Below, piece by piece: positions 29,192 to 40,302 of a stretch of DNA of 64,000 bases (position 1 is the first letter of the stretch; each line of letters opens with the position of its first letter). This stretch comes from Candidatus Poribacteria bacterium (GTDB lineage: Bacteria > Poribacteria > WGA-4E > WGA-3G). The DNA lies in NCBI GenBank assembly GCA_965214095.1, contig OZ243938.1, forward strand, positions 1,664,001-1,728,000, given 5' to 3'. A model generated the notes under the pieces. It searched no databases. It was not told the origin of the DNA and worked only from the letters and a program-made list of their open reading frames with translations. The translations under genes were made by a program, and so were the position numbers.

Positions 29192-29472
29192 GTTTATTGC
29201 AATTTTAAACAGTCTATAAATGGAATTTACAGAGGCATTTTGAGTACTTCAGTTGAATGAACATGTAATGTTGATCCAGTATTGATCTGTGATATTGTCC
29301 AATTACATGATTAAAAATACCTTCAGGTTTTCGTTGAAGTTTTTTTAATTATCTACTACCCGCACAATCTGGCAGAATGTGCTACAAAGAACCACAATCT
29401 GGCAGAATGTCTATTATTGGCGTTTCACATATACTTTTTTCTTTACAATATATGAATATATGCTATAATGTG

Positions 29473-29541
29473 CGGAGGATATTTGAACAGTTTTTAATGT
29501 TCGGAGAATATTTGAACAGTTTTTAAAATGGTATTGTCTAA
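29473..29541 (+). promoter_or_regulatory. ECF-type promoter (TGAAC...GTCTAA) with a tandemly duplicated -35 region
   Basis: CGGAG.ATATTTGAACAGTTTTTAA at 29473 and 29502; GTCTAA at 29536, upstream of an ECF gene. Confidence 0.5.
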
Positions 29542-29568
29542 ATATACAGAAGCCGAAGGAGAATTTTC

Positions 29569-30159
29569 GTGGAAAGAACTGAAGCATTACTCATTGATGA
29601 TCTCCGTGAAGGAGACGAAACAGCGTTAGCACCGTTGGTTGAAAAATATAAACGGATGGTACATCGCCTTGCGATGCAAATTACCAAAAACCACGAAGAC
29701 GCTAACGATGTAATGCAAGAAACCTTTATTAAGGTATATCAGTCCATACACACCTTTCGGCAGGAGGCAGCATTTGAAACATGGATATATCGTATAACTG
29801 TCAATGAAGCACTGAACTTCGTCAAACGACGCGAACGCCGACGTGAATCTCCGCTTTCCACTACTGAAGAGACCGAATACGATCCAATCGTCAGACAGAA
29901 AGCAGAGATGACGAATGATCCACAAATTAACGCAGAGAAAACTGAACTACGGCAATGGGTAACAAAGGCTGTCAATAGTCTCTCATTAAAGCATCGAGTT
30001 GTTGTGATCCTTCATGAACTGGAAGGTTTGACACACGCAGAGATCGCATCTATCTTGAATTGTTCAGAAGGAACAGTTCGTTCAAGATTACACTATGCAC
30101 GAAAACAGTTGAGATCATTGCTAAAGCCTTATGTTGATGCAACCTCCAATTTTGAGTGA
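29569..30159 (+). CDS. ECF RNA polymerase sigma factor (RpoE/SigW-like)
   Basis: DANDVMQETFIKVY, FETWIYRITVN, EIASILNCSEGTVRSRLHYAR. Confidence 0.94.
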   Translation: MERTEALLIDDLREGDETALAPLVEKYKRMVHRLAMQITKNHEDANDVMQETFIKVYQSIHTFRQEAAFETWIYRITVNEALNFVKRRERRRESPLSTTEETEYDPIVRQKAEMTNDPQINAEKTELRQWVTKAVNSLSLKHRVVVILHELEGLTHAEIASILNCSEGTVRSRLHYARKQLRSLLKPYVDATSNFE

Positions 30160-30247
30160 GTTGCATGTTTTCATAATTCAAAGTATTTAGATGATCCTAC
30201 AGGGAGCGGTTTCAAAGCACAGTGAGAACATTGAAACCGACAGACTT

Positions 30248-31168
30248 ATGAAACTGAAGTGTAATACCATACAACGTCTTATCTCAGATTACATAGATAA
30301 CACACTATCAACGAACGACACAGCAAAGGTCAAGGAACATTTAAAGTTCTGTCAATCCTGTCAAAAAGAAGTCGCTGCGCTCAAAAAGACCCGAGACCTT
30401 GTTGTAGGTTTCTATGTCGCACCTGAAGTGTCTGACACATATTACCATCAATTTGAAGTGGAATTACATCGTTTCATTGAGAAGAAAGGTCCAACACCTA
30501 TAAGTCTACGCATAAAATCATTGGTAAGTCAGTTCACATGGTCATTACTCACACAAGTGCGGCAAAGTTTTGGACGATATAACTTCTTCCATAGACATCT
30601 GTTACCAATAGGCACACTCTTGTTGATGATAGCAGCAGGGTATGTTACGCACTTGTTAAATCAGCATGATTCTCTATCATTAGAAGAATACTCTAGACAG
30701 ATAGGAAAACCGATGATTGCACAAGAACGCACGACCGTTGACGAAAATTCAGGATTGATACAAGACATGCACAATGATTATATAATGAATCGAAAAGCTC
30801 CAGACCAAGTAACTTCATCTGCCGATACAGCAAATGGTGAAAAAGTTGGTTACTGGAAATTAGCAGACCCCATATCTACTGAAACAGAAGGACATATCAT
30901 CGTGATGCATGTCAGTGAGGATCGTTCTGTGCCGAGTGAGGCTACTGAGTCCGAGTTGATTGTTTATGCACAACCAGACATATTAAGCAAAAAATCACCC
31001 TTACAAGATAATGGGTATGCAACGTTTCCATCGGGCATGCCAGTGGAACTTTTCTTGGCAAAATACCAACGGAAACATCGGCAATCACCAAGGTTTGTCA
31101 ACAAATTGATGTATGAACATTCTAAAATACCTTATATACCGGAGTTATACGACTTAAGTAATTTGTAA
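30248..31168 (+). CDS. Zinc-finger (zf-HC2) transmembrane anti-sigma factor
   Basis: C...LISDYID...HLKFCQSC (HxxxCxxC), one TM segment, directly after the ECF gene. Confidence 0.85.
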   Translation: MKLKCNTIQRLISDYIDNTLSTNDTAKVKEHLKFCQSCQKEVAALKKTRDLVVGFYVAPEVSDTYYHQFEVELHRFIEKKGPTPISLRIKSLVSQFTWSLLTQVRQSFGRYNFFHRHLLPIGTLLLMIAAGYVTHLLNQHDSLSLEEYSRQIGKPMIAQERTTVDENSGLIQDMHNDYIMNRKAPDQVTSSADTANGEKVGYWKLADPISTETEGHIIVMHVSEDRSVPSEATESELIVYAQPDILSKKSPLQDNGYATFPSGMPVELFLAKYQRKHRQSPRFVNKLMYEHSKIPYIPELYDLSNL

Positions 31169-31343
31169 CCATATTTTTTCTACGATGCAGTCTTAATGTG
31201 TCGTAGCATGACCTTGATGAAACATTAAGGTGAAACTTTACAGACAGGGTGGATGTTATGTTCCCACCCGTCTCTGATAATTAACGGGGTCGAAAATATT
31301 CCCATTACCCCGTACGTATTTTATTCATTTAAAGGAGAATATA

Positions 31344-34300
31344 ATGAATCCAAGAATTTTAGGTATAATTGGCGGACTTGCCTTGATAGTCGCGCTTATT
31401 TCACCTTTCATGATGGGTAGTTCCAAAAAGGTGGAGGAACTCTATTATGCCGCTAAAGAGTTATCTGATCAAGCGGATTATGAAGGGTCAATCGCCAAAT
31501 ATACTGAAGCACTTGAAGAGTCCCAGAAACGTGGTGTAAAAACTGAAGTTATTGACAAAGATTTCACCACACTTGCACATTTTCAAATTGCAGTCAACTA
31601 TTCACGATGGGCAGAAACAAGTGGTGATGTCAATCACTATGAAACCGCTCTTAATCACATTGAGCAAGTTACCCCTAATGCTACCATACCCAAACACCAA
31701 GAAGGGTTAATATACCTTTGGGGACATATTCTGTACAGAACAGAACAATATGAAGTGGCTGAAGCAAAGTTTAATCAGTTGATTGAAAACTTCCCAAATA
31801 GCCTACAAGTAGAAAATGCGTATTACGCTATTGGGCAGCTGAACTATAAGTTAGGCAACTTTGAGCCATCACGAACTGCCTTCAGTAATATTCTGGCAAA
31901 CTTTCCAAACTCAGAATTTAAAGACGATGCACAGCTGCTTATCGCGCAATCTTTCCTTGATGAAAATTTATATGAACAGGCATATCCCGAATTTGATAAG
32001 TTTGCAACAGAAGAGTTTAAGAATTATCCTGAACTACAAGCCGAATCAATGTATAAAGCTGCGTTCTGCTTGAACCAACTGGACAGACATGATGAGGCAA
32101 TCAGTCGTTACACGAACTTTATTACACAGTTTCCAGACCACAATCTCGTAACCGCGGCATATTTTGATCAGGGTGTGATCTACGCAAAGCAGAAAGACTA
32201 TGACAACGCACGCGTTAACTACGAGTTGGCAATGCAAAATACAGCAGATCGTGCACTTCAAGCTGAAATTCAGTCTGCTATTGGACAAACATATTTTGAG
32301 CAAGCAGATTATGAAAACGCTGTTGTGGAGTATACCAAACTCTTAGAAGAATACCCAGAGAGTACCTTCATCGGTGATGCACGCCTTGGTATAGCAGATA
32401 GTCAGTACAAATTGGAACAATGGATTGACGCAGTTGAGTCATATCAATTGGTTATTGAATATGAACAAGGTGAAGGTGGTGGAGAAAACGCAGAACTTGA
32501 CTATACACCTTACTGTTCATTTCAAATTGCTGAAGCATACTTTCAACAGGGCACAAATCAGGACGATGCTGGTCAGGAAGTAGAGGCAAATGCAACTTTT
32601 GTACTCGCTTTGGAATGGTACCAGAGAACAGTTGACAATCATCCCGATAATCCTGTCGCACCGCACGCATTATACGGTGCTATTTGGACACTAAACGAAT
32701 TAGACCGTAAGGAAGAATTGGAAAGAGTTGCTCGGGATTTTATTGATAAAAACAAGGAAGATAACGAGTACGATATTATGGCAGCTGAGGTACAACTACG
32801 TTTTGCAGACATGAAGCGTACCGAATTCAATCAATATCTGGAAGCTGCAGAAGAATACGCAAAAATATGGGAATACCGTCCACTTCCAAAATTCCATGTC
32901 GTCAAGTTGATGGGAAAATTCTTTGAAGGACGTTCCTACTATGAAGCAGCAAAACCTGAAGGATATCAAGAAGGAGATCCATCCTTAAACTTCAATACTG
33001 AATACCTTCAAAAATCTGTAACGGCATATCAGGATGCAATCAACATGTTTGCCGATGAGACGTTCCTTCCTGGCATTGCTGAAGGACGTTATCAAGACTT
33101 CCCAGAACGGATTGCACAAGTAGAAGCATGTCTAATGAATGAAGCACTTTCACACGAAATGCTTGAGGCGTGGGATACTGCACGTCAACGTTACGCTGCA
33201 ATTCCTGACACGAGTGAGTATTACCAACGCGCACTCCTGCTCACAGCAGATAGTTATGTGAAGCAAGGCGATAAAACACAAGCCATTACGTATTACAACG
33301 GTATCTTATCTGAACTTACCGATGCCAACAATCTGTCGTTAGCGAAAATTAAACTTGCTGACTTGTTGCGTGCCGAAGGTCGTTTTGAAGATGCCGCCGT
33401 TCAATATCAGGCAGTCGTTGATGATGACCCGACTGGTGAATATGCAGATGATGCTTTATATCTTGTCGGATTGTGTTACTATAATGCATCCGAGAATAAT
33501 CCTGATCTCGTAACATTGTCCGAAGACGCTTTCAACAAAGTCATTGCTGAACATGGCAATGAGGCGAATGCAATTGATGCATATTACGGTTTGGTGCTGC
33601 TCTATCGGGATTCTGCACAAAAACAGGGTGATACATCCAAGTGGTCACTTGTGATGCAAACTGCAGAAGCTGCAAGCCAAGCATTTGCAGATAGCACCGA
33701 TGAACAAACCCTAAGGACACTCGGACACATTGAACTCATCAAAGCAACAGCAATAGAAAACACCAACGCTGATGATATTGATAGTCTGATTGCCAGTTTG
33801 AAACAGATTGTTGACAACCCTGGCGCGCCCGACGATGCACGCATCCGATCACAGCTCAAGATTGGGCACACGTACTACAAAAAAGAACGGTATGATGAAG
33901 CACTTGCTGCGTATAAAATGTTTGTAGATAATTTCCCAGACAGTGAGATTGCACCTGGGGCACAGTATCAAGTCTCAGTTTGTTATTACCAGATTGCTGT
34001 GAAAGCGGGGGAAGCAGATGATACCGAATCTGCCCAACTTGCTTATACCAATGCTATTGGCGCATCTATGAAAGTTGCTGAGATGACCAATAATGTTGAC
34101 AACCTTGTCAGTGCAGGTTATACGCTCGGATTGGCTAAATTGGGATTGAAAGATAACAAAGGTGCTATTGAGGCATTCAAGCAGGTTACTGCTTTGGAAG
34201 GTCAAACTGAAGATGAAGATCGAAAGAATCTTATCTCCCAAGCACATTCAAGACTTGCTGAATTACACAATAATGTTGGTAATTATCAAGATGCTGTAAA

Positions 34301-36056
34301 AGAGTATCAATACATTATCACAAATACTGAAAACCCCGACCTGAAGGGCCGTTCCTACTTCGCAATAGCGTATGCTCAAGATGAACATCTTAAGATGTAT
34401 GATGGCGCATTGCAGAATTATCAAAACGCGGTTGACTTGGCAGACAACGTTGTCAAAGCACAATCCTACTATAGAATGGGATTGATTTATCAAGAGAAAG
34501 TCAATGAACTGGATAAAGCGTTGGAAGTGTTCCAAACTTTGATTGCAAATCATAGTACAGAACAGAACACTGGTGTCGCTTCAATGGTTGCAGATGCAAG
34601 CCTACGACGTTCTGAACTATATGTCAAATTAGGACGGTTAGATGAGGCTATCGCTGAAGCAGTGAGTTCAGAAGTACTCAAAGAAAATTCATCCGCATCT
34701 GTTTCACAGAAAGCTGCTGCACAATATAACCTCGGCTACCTCTATTCTGATAAAGCACGGTCACTACTGCCACCAGAACCGACTCCAGGTTTTGATGCAA
34801 AACCTTACATAGATATGAGTGGACGCGCAGCCGCTGCGTTCTATGAAGTCAGCAAACTTGCTGCACCTGTTGAAAAAGCAGACAAGCAGACGGTCATACC
34901 CTATGTGCAGATGTCGCTTTTCCAAGCAGGTCAGATATATTACTCTGTCGGTATAGGTTTCAAACGCAGACCAGAGTTATTACTCTCTATTGACCCGATT
35001 GCTGATTTCATCAAACATGCAAACGCAGGTGTATTTCCAACATCACCTGAGCTTGCAAGCAATGTACAGACTGCATCAACCTATTTGGCATCCGCCAACT
35101 TTGACCTCGGTCGCATGCAAGTCGGTCTAGATGAGGAGATGTCTACGCAAGCAGTCGCATACTTCAATAAATCGGCTCAGTTATTTAAAGGGTTAGTTGA
35201 GAGTTACCCAAATGCTGAAGATGCTGCACTCTGGCAATATCAAGCAGGTGAAGCGTTTTATACTACGGAGCAATTTGATAAAGCGATTGCTGAATACAAT
35301 AAGGTCAGACGGGTAAATAAGACGCACGAAAAAGCCGCTGAATCCTTATACGCTATCGCTACCTGCTACCAATACCTTTCTGAAACAGCGAAAGAAGCAG
35401 GGAACGCAGCTGAAGAACAAACGAACCTTGACAAACTATTTGCAACAAACGAAACGCTTGTCAATGAATATCCGAATAGTAAGTTCGCTGGTGAAGCCTT
35501 TATTAATATCGGTAACAAGCACTATAATGCAGCATTGGATCCCGATCTTGAAGCAGAAGAGCAAATTCGTCTTTTCCGAGAAGCAATCAAGAATTATCAA
35601 CGAGCATTGTCTTCTGCAGGTATCAGTTCAGAATCAAAAAATAGTGCACAAACTTACATTAATGAGACTGCCGGCATACTTGCACATAACGAATACAAGT
35701 TTGCGGATACATCACTTGGTAACGCACAAAAATCTGGCAAAAAGACTGACATTGAAGATGCAATTAAGCTTTTCAAGACAATTGCTAAAGATTATTCAAT
35801 GACAAAGTACGGCGATCTTTCTTACGGTAAATTAGGTGAAGCATATACAATCCTTGCAAATAATGAGGAAAACTATTATGCAGATGCATTGTATTACTTC
35901 CAAGTATTACCTAAGAAATATGCGACAAGGCCACCACCTGATACGCAGGTTGAAGATGTTATTAACTACTGTATTCAGAAGGCAAGTGAGATTAAAAGTT
36001 ACATGAGGTCGCAGAACATTCCAGAACGGCAAGCTCCGCCAGACGATAGCGAATAA
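31344..36056 (+). CDS. 1570-aa membrane-anchored TPR-repeat protein (BamD/CpoB-like repeats)
   Basis: N-terminal hydrophobic anchor; many F..LI..FPNS...A.Y.IG-type repeats. Confidence 0.88.
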   Translation: MNPRILGIIGGLALIVALISPFMMGSSKKVEELYYAAKELSDQADYEGSIAKYTEALEESQKRGVKTEVIDKDFTTLAHFQIAVNYSRWAETSGDVNHYETALNHIEQVTPNATIPKHQEGLIYLWGHILYRTEQYEVAEAKFNQLIENFPNSLQVENAYYAIGQLNYKLGNFEPSRTAFSNILANFPNSEFKDDAQLLIAQSFLDENLYEQAYPEFDKFATEEFKNYPELQAESMYKAAFCLNQLDRHDEAISRYTNFITQFPDHNLVTAAYFDQGVIYAKQKDYDNARVNYELAMQNTADRALQAEIQSAIGQTYFEQADYENAVVEYTKLLEEYPESTFIGDARLGIADSQYKLEQWIDAVESYQLVIEYEQGEGGGENAELDYTPYCSFQIAEAYFQQGTNQDDAGQEVEANATFVLALEWYQRTVDNHPDNPVAPHALYGAIWTLNELDRKEELERVARDFIDKNKEDNEYDIMAAEVQLRFADMKRTEFNQYLEAAEEYAKIWEYRPLPKFHVVKLMGKFFEGRSYYEAAKPEGYQEGDPSLNFNTEYLQKSVTAYQDAINMFADETFLPGIAEGRYQDFPERIAQVEACLMNEALSHEMLEAWDTARQRYAAIPDTSEYYQRALLLTADSYVKQGDKTQAITYYNGILSELTDANNLSLAKIKLADLLRAEGRFEDAAVQYQAVVDDDPTGEYADDALYLVGLCYYNASENNPDLVTLSEDAFNKVIAEHGNEANAIDAYYGLVLLYRDSAQKQGDTSKWSLVMQTAEAASQAFADSTDEQTLRTLGHIELIKATAIENTNADDIDSLIASLKQIVDNPGAPDDARIRSQLKIGHTYYKKERYDEALAAYKMFVDNFPDSEIAPGAQYQVSVCYYQIAVKAGEADDTESAQLAYTNAIGASMKVAEMTNNVDNLVSAGYTLGLAKLGLKDNKGAIEAFKQVTALEGQTEDEDRKNLISQAHSRLAELHNNVGNYQDAVKEYQYIITNTENPDLKGRSYFAIAYAQDEHLKMYDGALQNYQNAVDLADNVVKAQSYYRMGLIYQEKVNELDKALEVFQTLIANHSTEQNTGVASMVADASLRRSELYVKLGRLDEAIAEAVSSEVLKENSSASVSQKAAAQYNLGYLYSDKARSLLPPEPTPGFDAKPYIDMSGRAAAAFYEVSKLAAPVEKADKQTVIPYVQMSLFQAGQIYYSVGIGFKRRPELLLSIDPIADFIKHANAGVFPTSPELASNVQTASTYLASANFDLGRMQVGLDEEMSTQAVAYFNKSAQLFKGLVESYPNAEDAALWQYQAGEAFYTTEQFDKAIAEYNKVRRVNKTHEKAAESLYAIATCYQYLSETAKEAGNAAEEQTNLDKLFATNETLVNEYPNSKFAGEAFINIGNKHYNAALDPDLEAEEQIRLFREAIKNYQRALSSAGISSESKNSAQTYINETAGILAHNEYKFADTSLGNAQKSGKKTDIEDAIKLFKTIAKDYSMTKYGDLSYGKLGEAYTILANNEENYYADALYYFQVLPKKYATRPPPDTQVEDVINYCIQKASEIKSYMRSQNIPERQAPPDDSE

Positions 36057-36086
36057 CCGAGGTATACGAATACCTTATTTCATTAC

Positions 36087-36118
36087 ATAGGGATAGGTCT
36101 GATACCTATCCCTATTTT
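36087..36118 (+). terminator. Rho-independent terminator
   Basis: ATAGGGATAGGT-loop-ACCTATCCCTATTTT. Confidence 0.75.
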
Positions 36119-36138
36119 CTTGAAAGGAGTTTCAAAAA

Positions 36139-37320
36139 GTGTATGATGAACTGAAAGTACCACCACGTATCCTTCTCGGTCCTGGACCAAGCATAGCGAA
36201 TCCGCGCGTCCTCAAAGCAATGACAACACCGATGCTTGGGTATTTGGATGCAGATTTTGTTGAGATAATGGATGATACTGTCGCTTTGTTACGACAGGTG
36301 TACGGCACTCAAAACACAATTACATTCCCTGTCTCTGGCACTGGCACTGCAGGGATGGAAACAGCCCTTACAAATGTTATTGAACACGGTGATCATGTAA
36401 TCGTGGGGATAAACGGTTACTTCGGCAGTAGAATCGCAGATATTGCAGAAAGGTGTGGTGCGACAGTTACACCCGTGCATGCTGAATGGGGAGATATTAT
36501 TAAACCGGAACAGATCGCCGATGCGTGTAAGCAAGTATCACCGAAATTGGTCGCAGTAGTCCACGCAGAAACGTCTACAGGTGTTTTACAGCCTTTAGAA
36601 GAGATTATAGAGATTGCACATCGGCACGATGCACTATTACTTGCGGATTGTGTCACATCGCTTGGGGGACAACCTGTGGAATTAGATGCGCGTGGTATTG
36701 ACATCGCCTATAGTTGCACACAAAAGTGTCTCGCAGGTCCACCCGGACTCTCACCTATCAGTTTCAATGATCGCGCAGCTGATGTGATTCGGAACCGCAA
36801 AACGAAGATTCAAAGTTTCTATATGGACGTTACACTACTTGAAGAATATTGGATGGGAACTACCCGAAAATATCATCACACCTTGTCTATGTCCATGGTT
36901 TACGCGCTCCGTGAAGCACTCCGTGTGGTTATAGAAGAGGGTGAATCAGCGCGATATGAACGGCATGAACGCAATGCGCGTGCTCTGATCGCAGGGGCAG
37001 AGGCTATCGGTTTGGAACCTGCCGCTGTCGAAGACCATCGCGTACCGATGTTAACAACATTACGTATCCCTGATGGCATTGACGACGGAACCGTCCGAAA
37101 ACGTCTCATTCAGGACTTTAATATTGAAATCGGTGGTGGATTAGGTGTTTTCGCTGGAAAGGCATGGCGAATTGGTCTTATGGGTGATGCTGCAAATGAA
37201 CAAAACGTACTACTCGTTTTGAATGCTATTGAACAACTCTTAATCGAGTTTGGTCATAACGTTGAAATTGGAACAGCCGTGAGTGCCGCTGCTGCAGCAT
37301 ATCAGAACAGTAATGACTAA
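36139..37320 (+). CDS. Alanine-glyoxylate/serine-pyruvate aminotransferase (class V)
   Basis: LLGPGPS, GTGTAGME, VHAETSTG, DCVTSLGG, SCTQKCL. Confidence 0.93.
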   Translation: MYDELKVPPRILLGPGPSIANPRVLKAMTTPMLGYLDADFVEIMDDTVALLRQVYGTQNTITFPVSGTGTAGMETALTNVIEHGDHVIVGINGYFGSRIADIAERCGATVTPVHAEWGDIIKPEQIADACKQVSPKLVAVVHAETSTGVLQPLEEIIEIAHRHDALLLADCVTSLGGQPVELDARGIDIAYSCTQKCLAGPPGLSPISFNDRAADVIRNRKTKIQSFYMDVTLLEEYWMGTTRKYHHTLSMSMVYALREALRVVIEEGESARYERHERNARALIAGAEAIGLEPAAVEDHRVPMLTTLRIPDGIDDGTVRKRLIQDFNIEIGGGLGVFAGKAWRIGLMGDAANEQNVLLVLNAIEQLLIEFGHNVEIGTAVSAAAAAYQNSND

Positions 37321-37389
37321 GGACACATCCTAGTGTAGGAAGGGTTTCTAATCCCAATGTTAAAGTCTATTTCTCTCAAATCGTTGTTA

Positions 37390-37501
37390 TACCATTTTTA
37401 ATAGAAAACGCCGCATTTTTGTAGCATAAACTGCCAGTTTGTGCAGTCCTTCAAGAGATTCTTAACAAATGTTAATGGGACAAACATTTTTAGAAATGGT
37501 G
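37390..37501. mobile_element. MITE-like element (TACCATTTTTAA/TTAGAAATGGTG ends) carrying a different GTAG hairpin
   Basis: Internal GTAGCATAAACTGCCAGTTTGTGC, related to the reverse-strand copy at 29362-29385. Confidence 0.55.
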
Positions 37502-37521
37502 TTAGAAACCGAAGTTCCTGG

Positions 37522-38334
37522 TTAATGAAATTTATTTGCTCGTTTTACCGCTGTTTGGATAGATAACATGTGCGTTTTGACGCGAGTATCCAAATCTAAT
37601 TTAGTTGGTGTTTCAAGAATCAGGCAACGTGTATTAATCTGTTCAGCCAAATATCTGCCGCGTGTCCATCCTTTTGTTGTAACTGAGTCAAGAAGTGTTA
37701 TTACACCGTTATCATTCCGGTGGTCTTCAATCATGCACTTCTGATTAATCGTGCATACCTGTCCAACTTGCTTCACAACTTCATTACCAATCGGTAGAGT
37801 CGTAGAAGCACGACGTTCCCATAGATAGAACCCGATGCTGTCTCTATCTTCGTGTAAATCCAACGCGAGTCTGACTTCAGTATTGTTGTTTTGTATTTGT
37901 GTACGTAGGAGTGATTCTGCAATGAAGGTTGTTTCAGTATATTGGCAGGGGTGTTCAAACATCCGATTGAGGTCGAGTCCAGCAGCATTTTCTCGGATGT
38001 CATGTTCATACCCGTAAGGGTTGTCGCAAGGTGAGATGATCCAATTGTATTTGTCAAACGGAAATGGAGACAAATCGTACTGTTGTGCTTCTGCCAGCAA
38101 TTCAATAAGGCGGATTGCACATTCAACACCTGCTGGTTCATCACCGTGTATTCCTGCAGATACATATATCAAGGCTGCATCCACTTGCTTCGCAGCGTAA
38201 TGCACACAGTACAACGGATATGATTGAGATGAACTTCTGTGCCAGACGGTGAGACGGTCAGATTTTTCAAGAGCAGTAAGGATGCGGGTTACAACATCTG
38301 TATAGTTTCGGACTTCCACCCGAATTACTCCCAT
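37522..38334 (-). CDS. M14 metallopeptidase / succinylglutamate desuccinylase-aspartoacylase family
   Basis: [29 protein letters not shown]. Confidence 0.85.
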   Translation of the reverse strand: MGVIRVEVRNYTDVVTRILTALEKSDRLTVWHRSSSQSYPLYCVHYAAKQVDAALIYVSAGIHGDEPAGVECAIRLIELLAEAQQYDLSPFPFDKYNWIISPCDNPYGYEHDIRENAAGLDLNRMFEHPCQYTETTFIAESLLRTQIQNNNTEVRLALDLHEDRDSIGFYLWERRASTTLPIGNEVVKQVGQVCTINQKCMIEDHRNDNGVITLLDSVTTKGWTRGRYLAEQINTRCLILETPTKLDLDTRVKTHMLSIQTAVKRANKFH

Positions 38335-39866
38335 TCAATCGTACTTGGCGGTTTTGAACTGATGTCGTAAACAACGCGGTTGATACCTTGTACCTCATTG
38401 ATGATTCGTGTGGAAATCCGTGCTAATACGTCGTCGGGGATTCTCGCCCAATCCGCTGTCATAGCATCACTGCTTGTGACAGCACGTAGTGCAATTGCAT
38501 TTTCATAGGTGCGTTCATCACCCATCACACCGACGCTTTTTACTGGCAGAAGTACTGCCAACGCTTGCCAAATCTCATCATATAAACCTGCATCTTTGAT
38601 TTCATTGATGAAGATTGCATCCGCTAAACGTAAGACTGCTAAACGTTCTGGTGTAACCTCACCGATTATCCTAACAGCGAGTCCTGGTCCGGGAAACGGA
38701 TGTCTGCCGAGGACGTGTGAAGGCACATTTAGTTCTGCTCCGACTGCTCGTACTTCATCTTTGAAAAGTTCACGGAAAGGTTCAATCAGTTCAAATGGCA
38801 TATCTGGTGGGAGTCCACCGACGTTATGATGCGTTTTTATGGTAGCGGAGGGTCCTTTTGTGGAAACGCTTTCTATAACATCTGGGTAAAGTGTGCCTTG
38901 TGCGAGAAAGCGACAGGCACCAAGCTGCTTCACTTTTGCTCTGAAGGTTTCAATGAACTGTGCTCCAATAATCTTACGTTTCTGTTCAGGATCGACGACA
39001 CCTGATAATGCATTGAGGAATGAGTCTGTTGCATCTGCAAACTCAATATTAATTCCGAGTGTCTTACAAGTAGATAAAACTTGTTTCGCTTCATCCTGTC
39101 GTAGGAGTCCATTATCTACAAAAACAGAGATCAGATTATCGCCTATTGCTTTGTTGAGCAGTGTCGCTAACACCATTGAGTCTATTCCACCACTGACAGC
39201 ACAAAGGACTCTTTCGTCTTTCACCGTTGCTTGGATGTGCGCTATGGCTTCGGTGATAAACGCACCCATTGTCCAAGTTGCTTCACATCCACAGATTTTT
39301 CGGACGAAGTTGTGTAAGATTCTATCAGCATCGCGTGTATGTTCAACTTCAGGATGAAATTGTAATCCGTATAATGTGCCATCTGCGTTGACCATCGCTG
39401 CAATAGGCGAGTTCTCTGTTTGAGCGATTGTGTGGAAGCCATCTGGAGGTATGTCGATTTTATCACCATGGCTCATCCATGCGGTTACTTCCGATGAAAG
39501 CCCATCAAACAAGGGTTCAGAAGCGGCATTGACTTGGAGTTGCGCGTTGCCATATTCTCGCTCAGAGGCAGGATGCACTTTGCCGCCTTCCAACAGATAA
39601 GCGATGAGTTGCATACCGTAGCATATTCCTAAAACTGGAATGCCGAGTTTGAAAAGTGCAACATCTATCTTGGGGGCATCTGTCTCGTAAACACTCGCGG
39701 GGCCACCGGAAAGGATAACACCTTTTGGTGCCATCTTTTCAATCTCGGTAAGGGGTAGGCTGTAAGGTTGTATCTCACAATAAACCTGCTGTTCCCGAAC
39801 ACGTCGAGCAATCAATTGCGTATATTGCGAGCCAAAGTCTAAAACGACAATAGCGTCACGCTTCAT
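38325..39866 (-). CDS. guaA: GMP synthase (glutamine-hydrolyzing)
   Basis: [42 protein letters not shown]. Confidence 0.98.
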   Translation of the reverse strand: MKRDAIVVLDFGSQYTQLIARRVREQQVYCEIQPYSLPLTEIEKMAPKGVILSGGPASVYETDAPKIDVALFKLGIPVLGICYGMQLIAYLLEGGKVHPASEREYGNAQLQVNAASEPLFDGLSSEVTAWMSHGDKIDIPPDGFHTIAQTENSPIAAMVNADGTLYGLQFHPEVEHTRDADRILHNFVRKICGCEATWTMGAFITEAIAHIQATVKDERVLCAVSGGIDSMVLATLLNKAIGDNLISVFVDNGLLRQDEAKQVLSTCKTLGINIEFADATDSFLNALSGVVDPEQKRKIIGAQFIETFRAKVKQLGACRFLAQGTLYPDVIESVSTKGPSATIKTHHNVGGLPPDMPFELIEPFRELFKDEVRAVGAELNVPSHVLGRHPFPGPGLAVRIIGEVTPERLAVLRLADAIFINEIKDAGLYDEIWQALAVLLPVKSVGVMGDERTYENAIALRAVTSSDAMTADWARIPDDVLARISTRIINEVQGINRVVYDISSKPPSTIEWE

Positions 39867-39988
39867 GTCATTTCTCCATTTTCGATAGTTGGGTTTGAAC
39901 AGAAATGATTGAATGATATATCAGGTTTCGTTCAGTTAAATACCTATTTATAGACTTCAATGATGTTTAAAATATAGAATCTCACAAA

Positions 39989-40273
39989 TCATCGTTTCGG
40001 ATCACAGTCAATGATCTCACCAGTTTCAGGTGCAAAGATCACACCGTAATATCCTTGCGGAGCAAATTCCACATCGTCCCACATTGCTAAGTTTGTATTT
40101 GCATCTTGTAGATAGTAGCAGCCTGTGTATGGATGTCCTTCTGCTTCAATTGTCCGTATATGATAGCAATGGTTATGGAACTGGATTGTGTTTCCGTAAA
40201 TTATGATGTATCTGTCACCAAATAAGTTATGGGCAATCTGATTGACTATATAAGGATCAATTGTTTTCTGCAA
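39989..40273 (-). CDS. Hypothetical protein
   Basis: 94-aa ORF co-oriented within the gene run; no recognised motif. Confidence 0.5.
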   Translation of the reverse strand: MQKTIDPYIVNQIAHNLFGDRYIIIYGNTIQFHNHCYHIRTIEAEGHPYTGCYYLQDANTNLAMWDDVEFAPQGYYGVIFAPETGEIIDCDPKR

Positions 40274-40302
40274 TAGCTGCGATGCCTATAGTATGTAATT
40301 AT

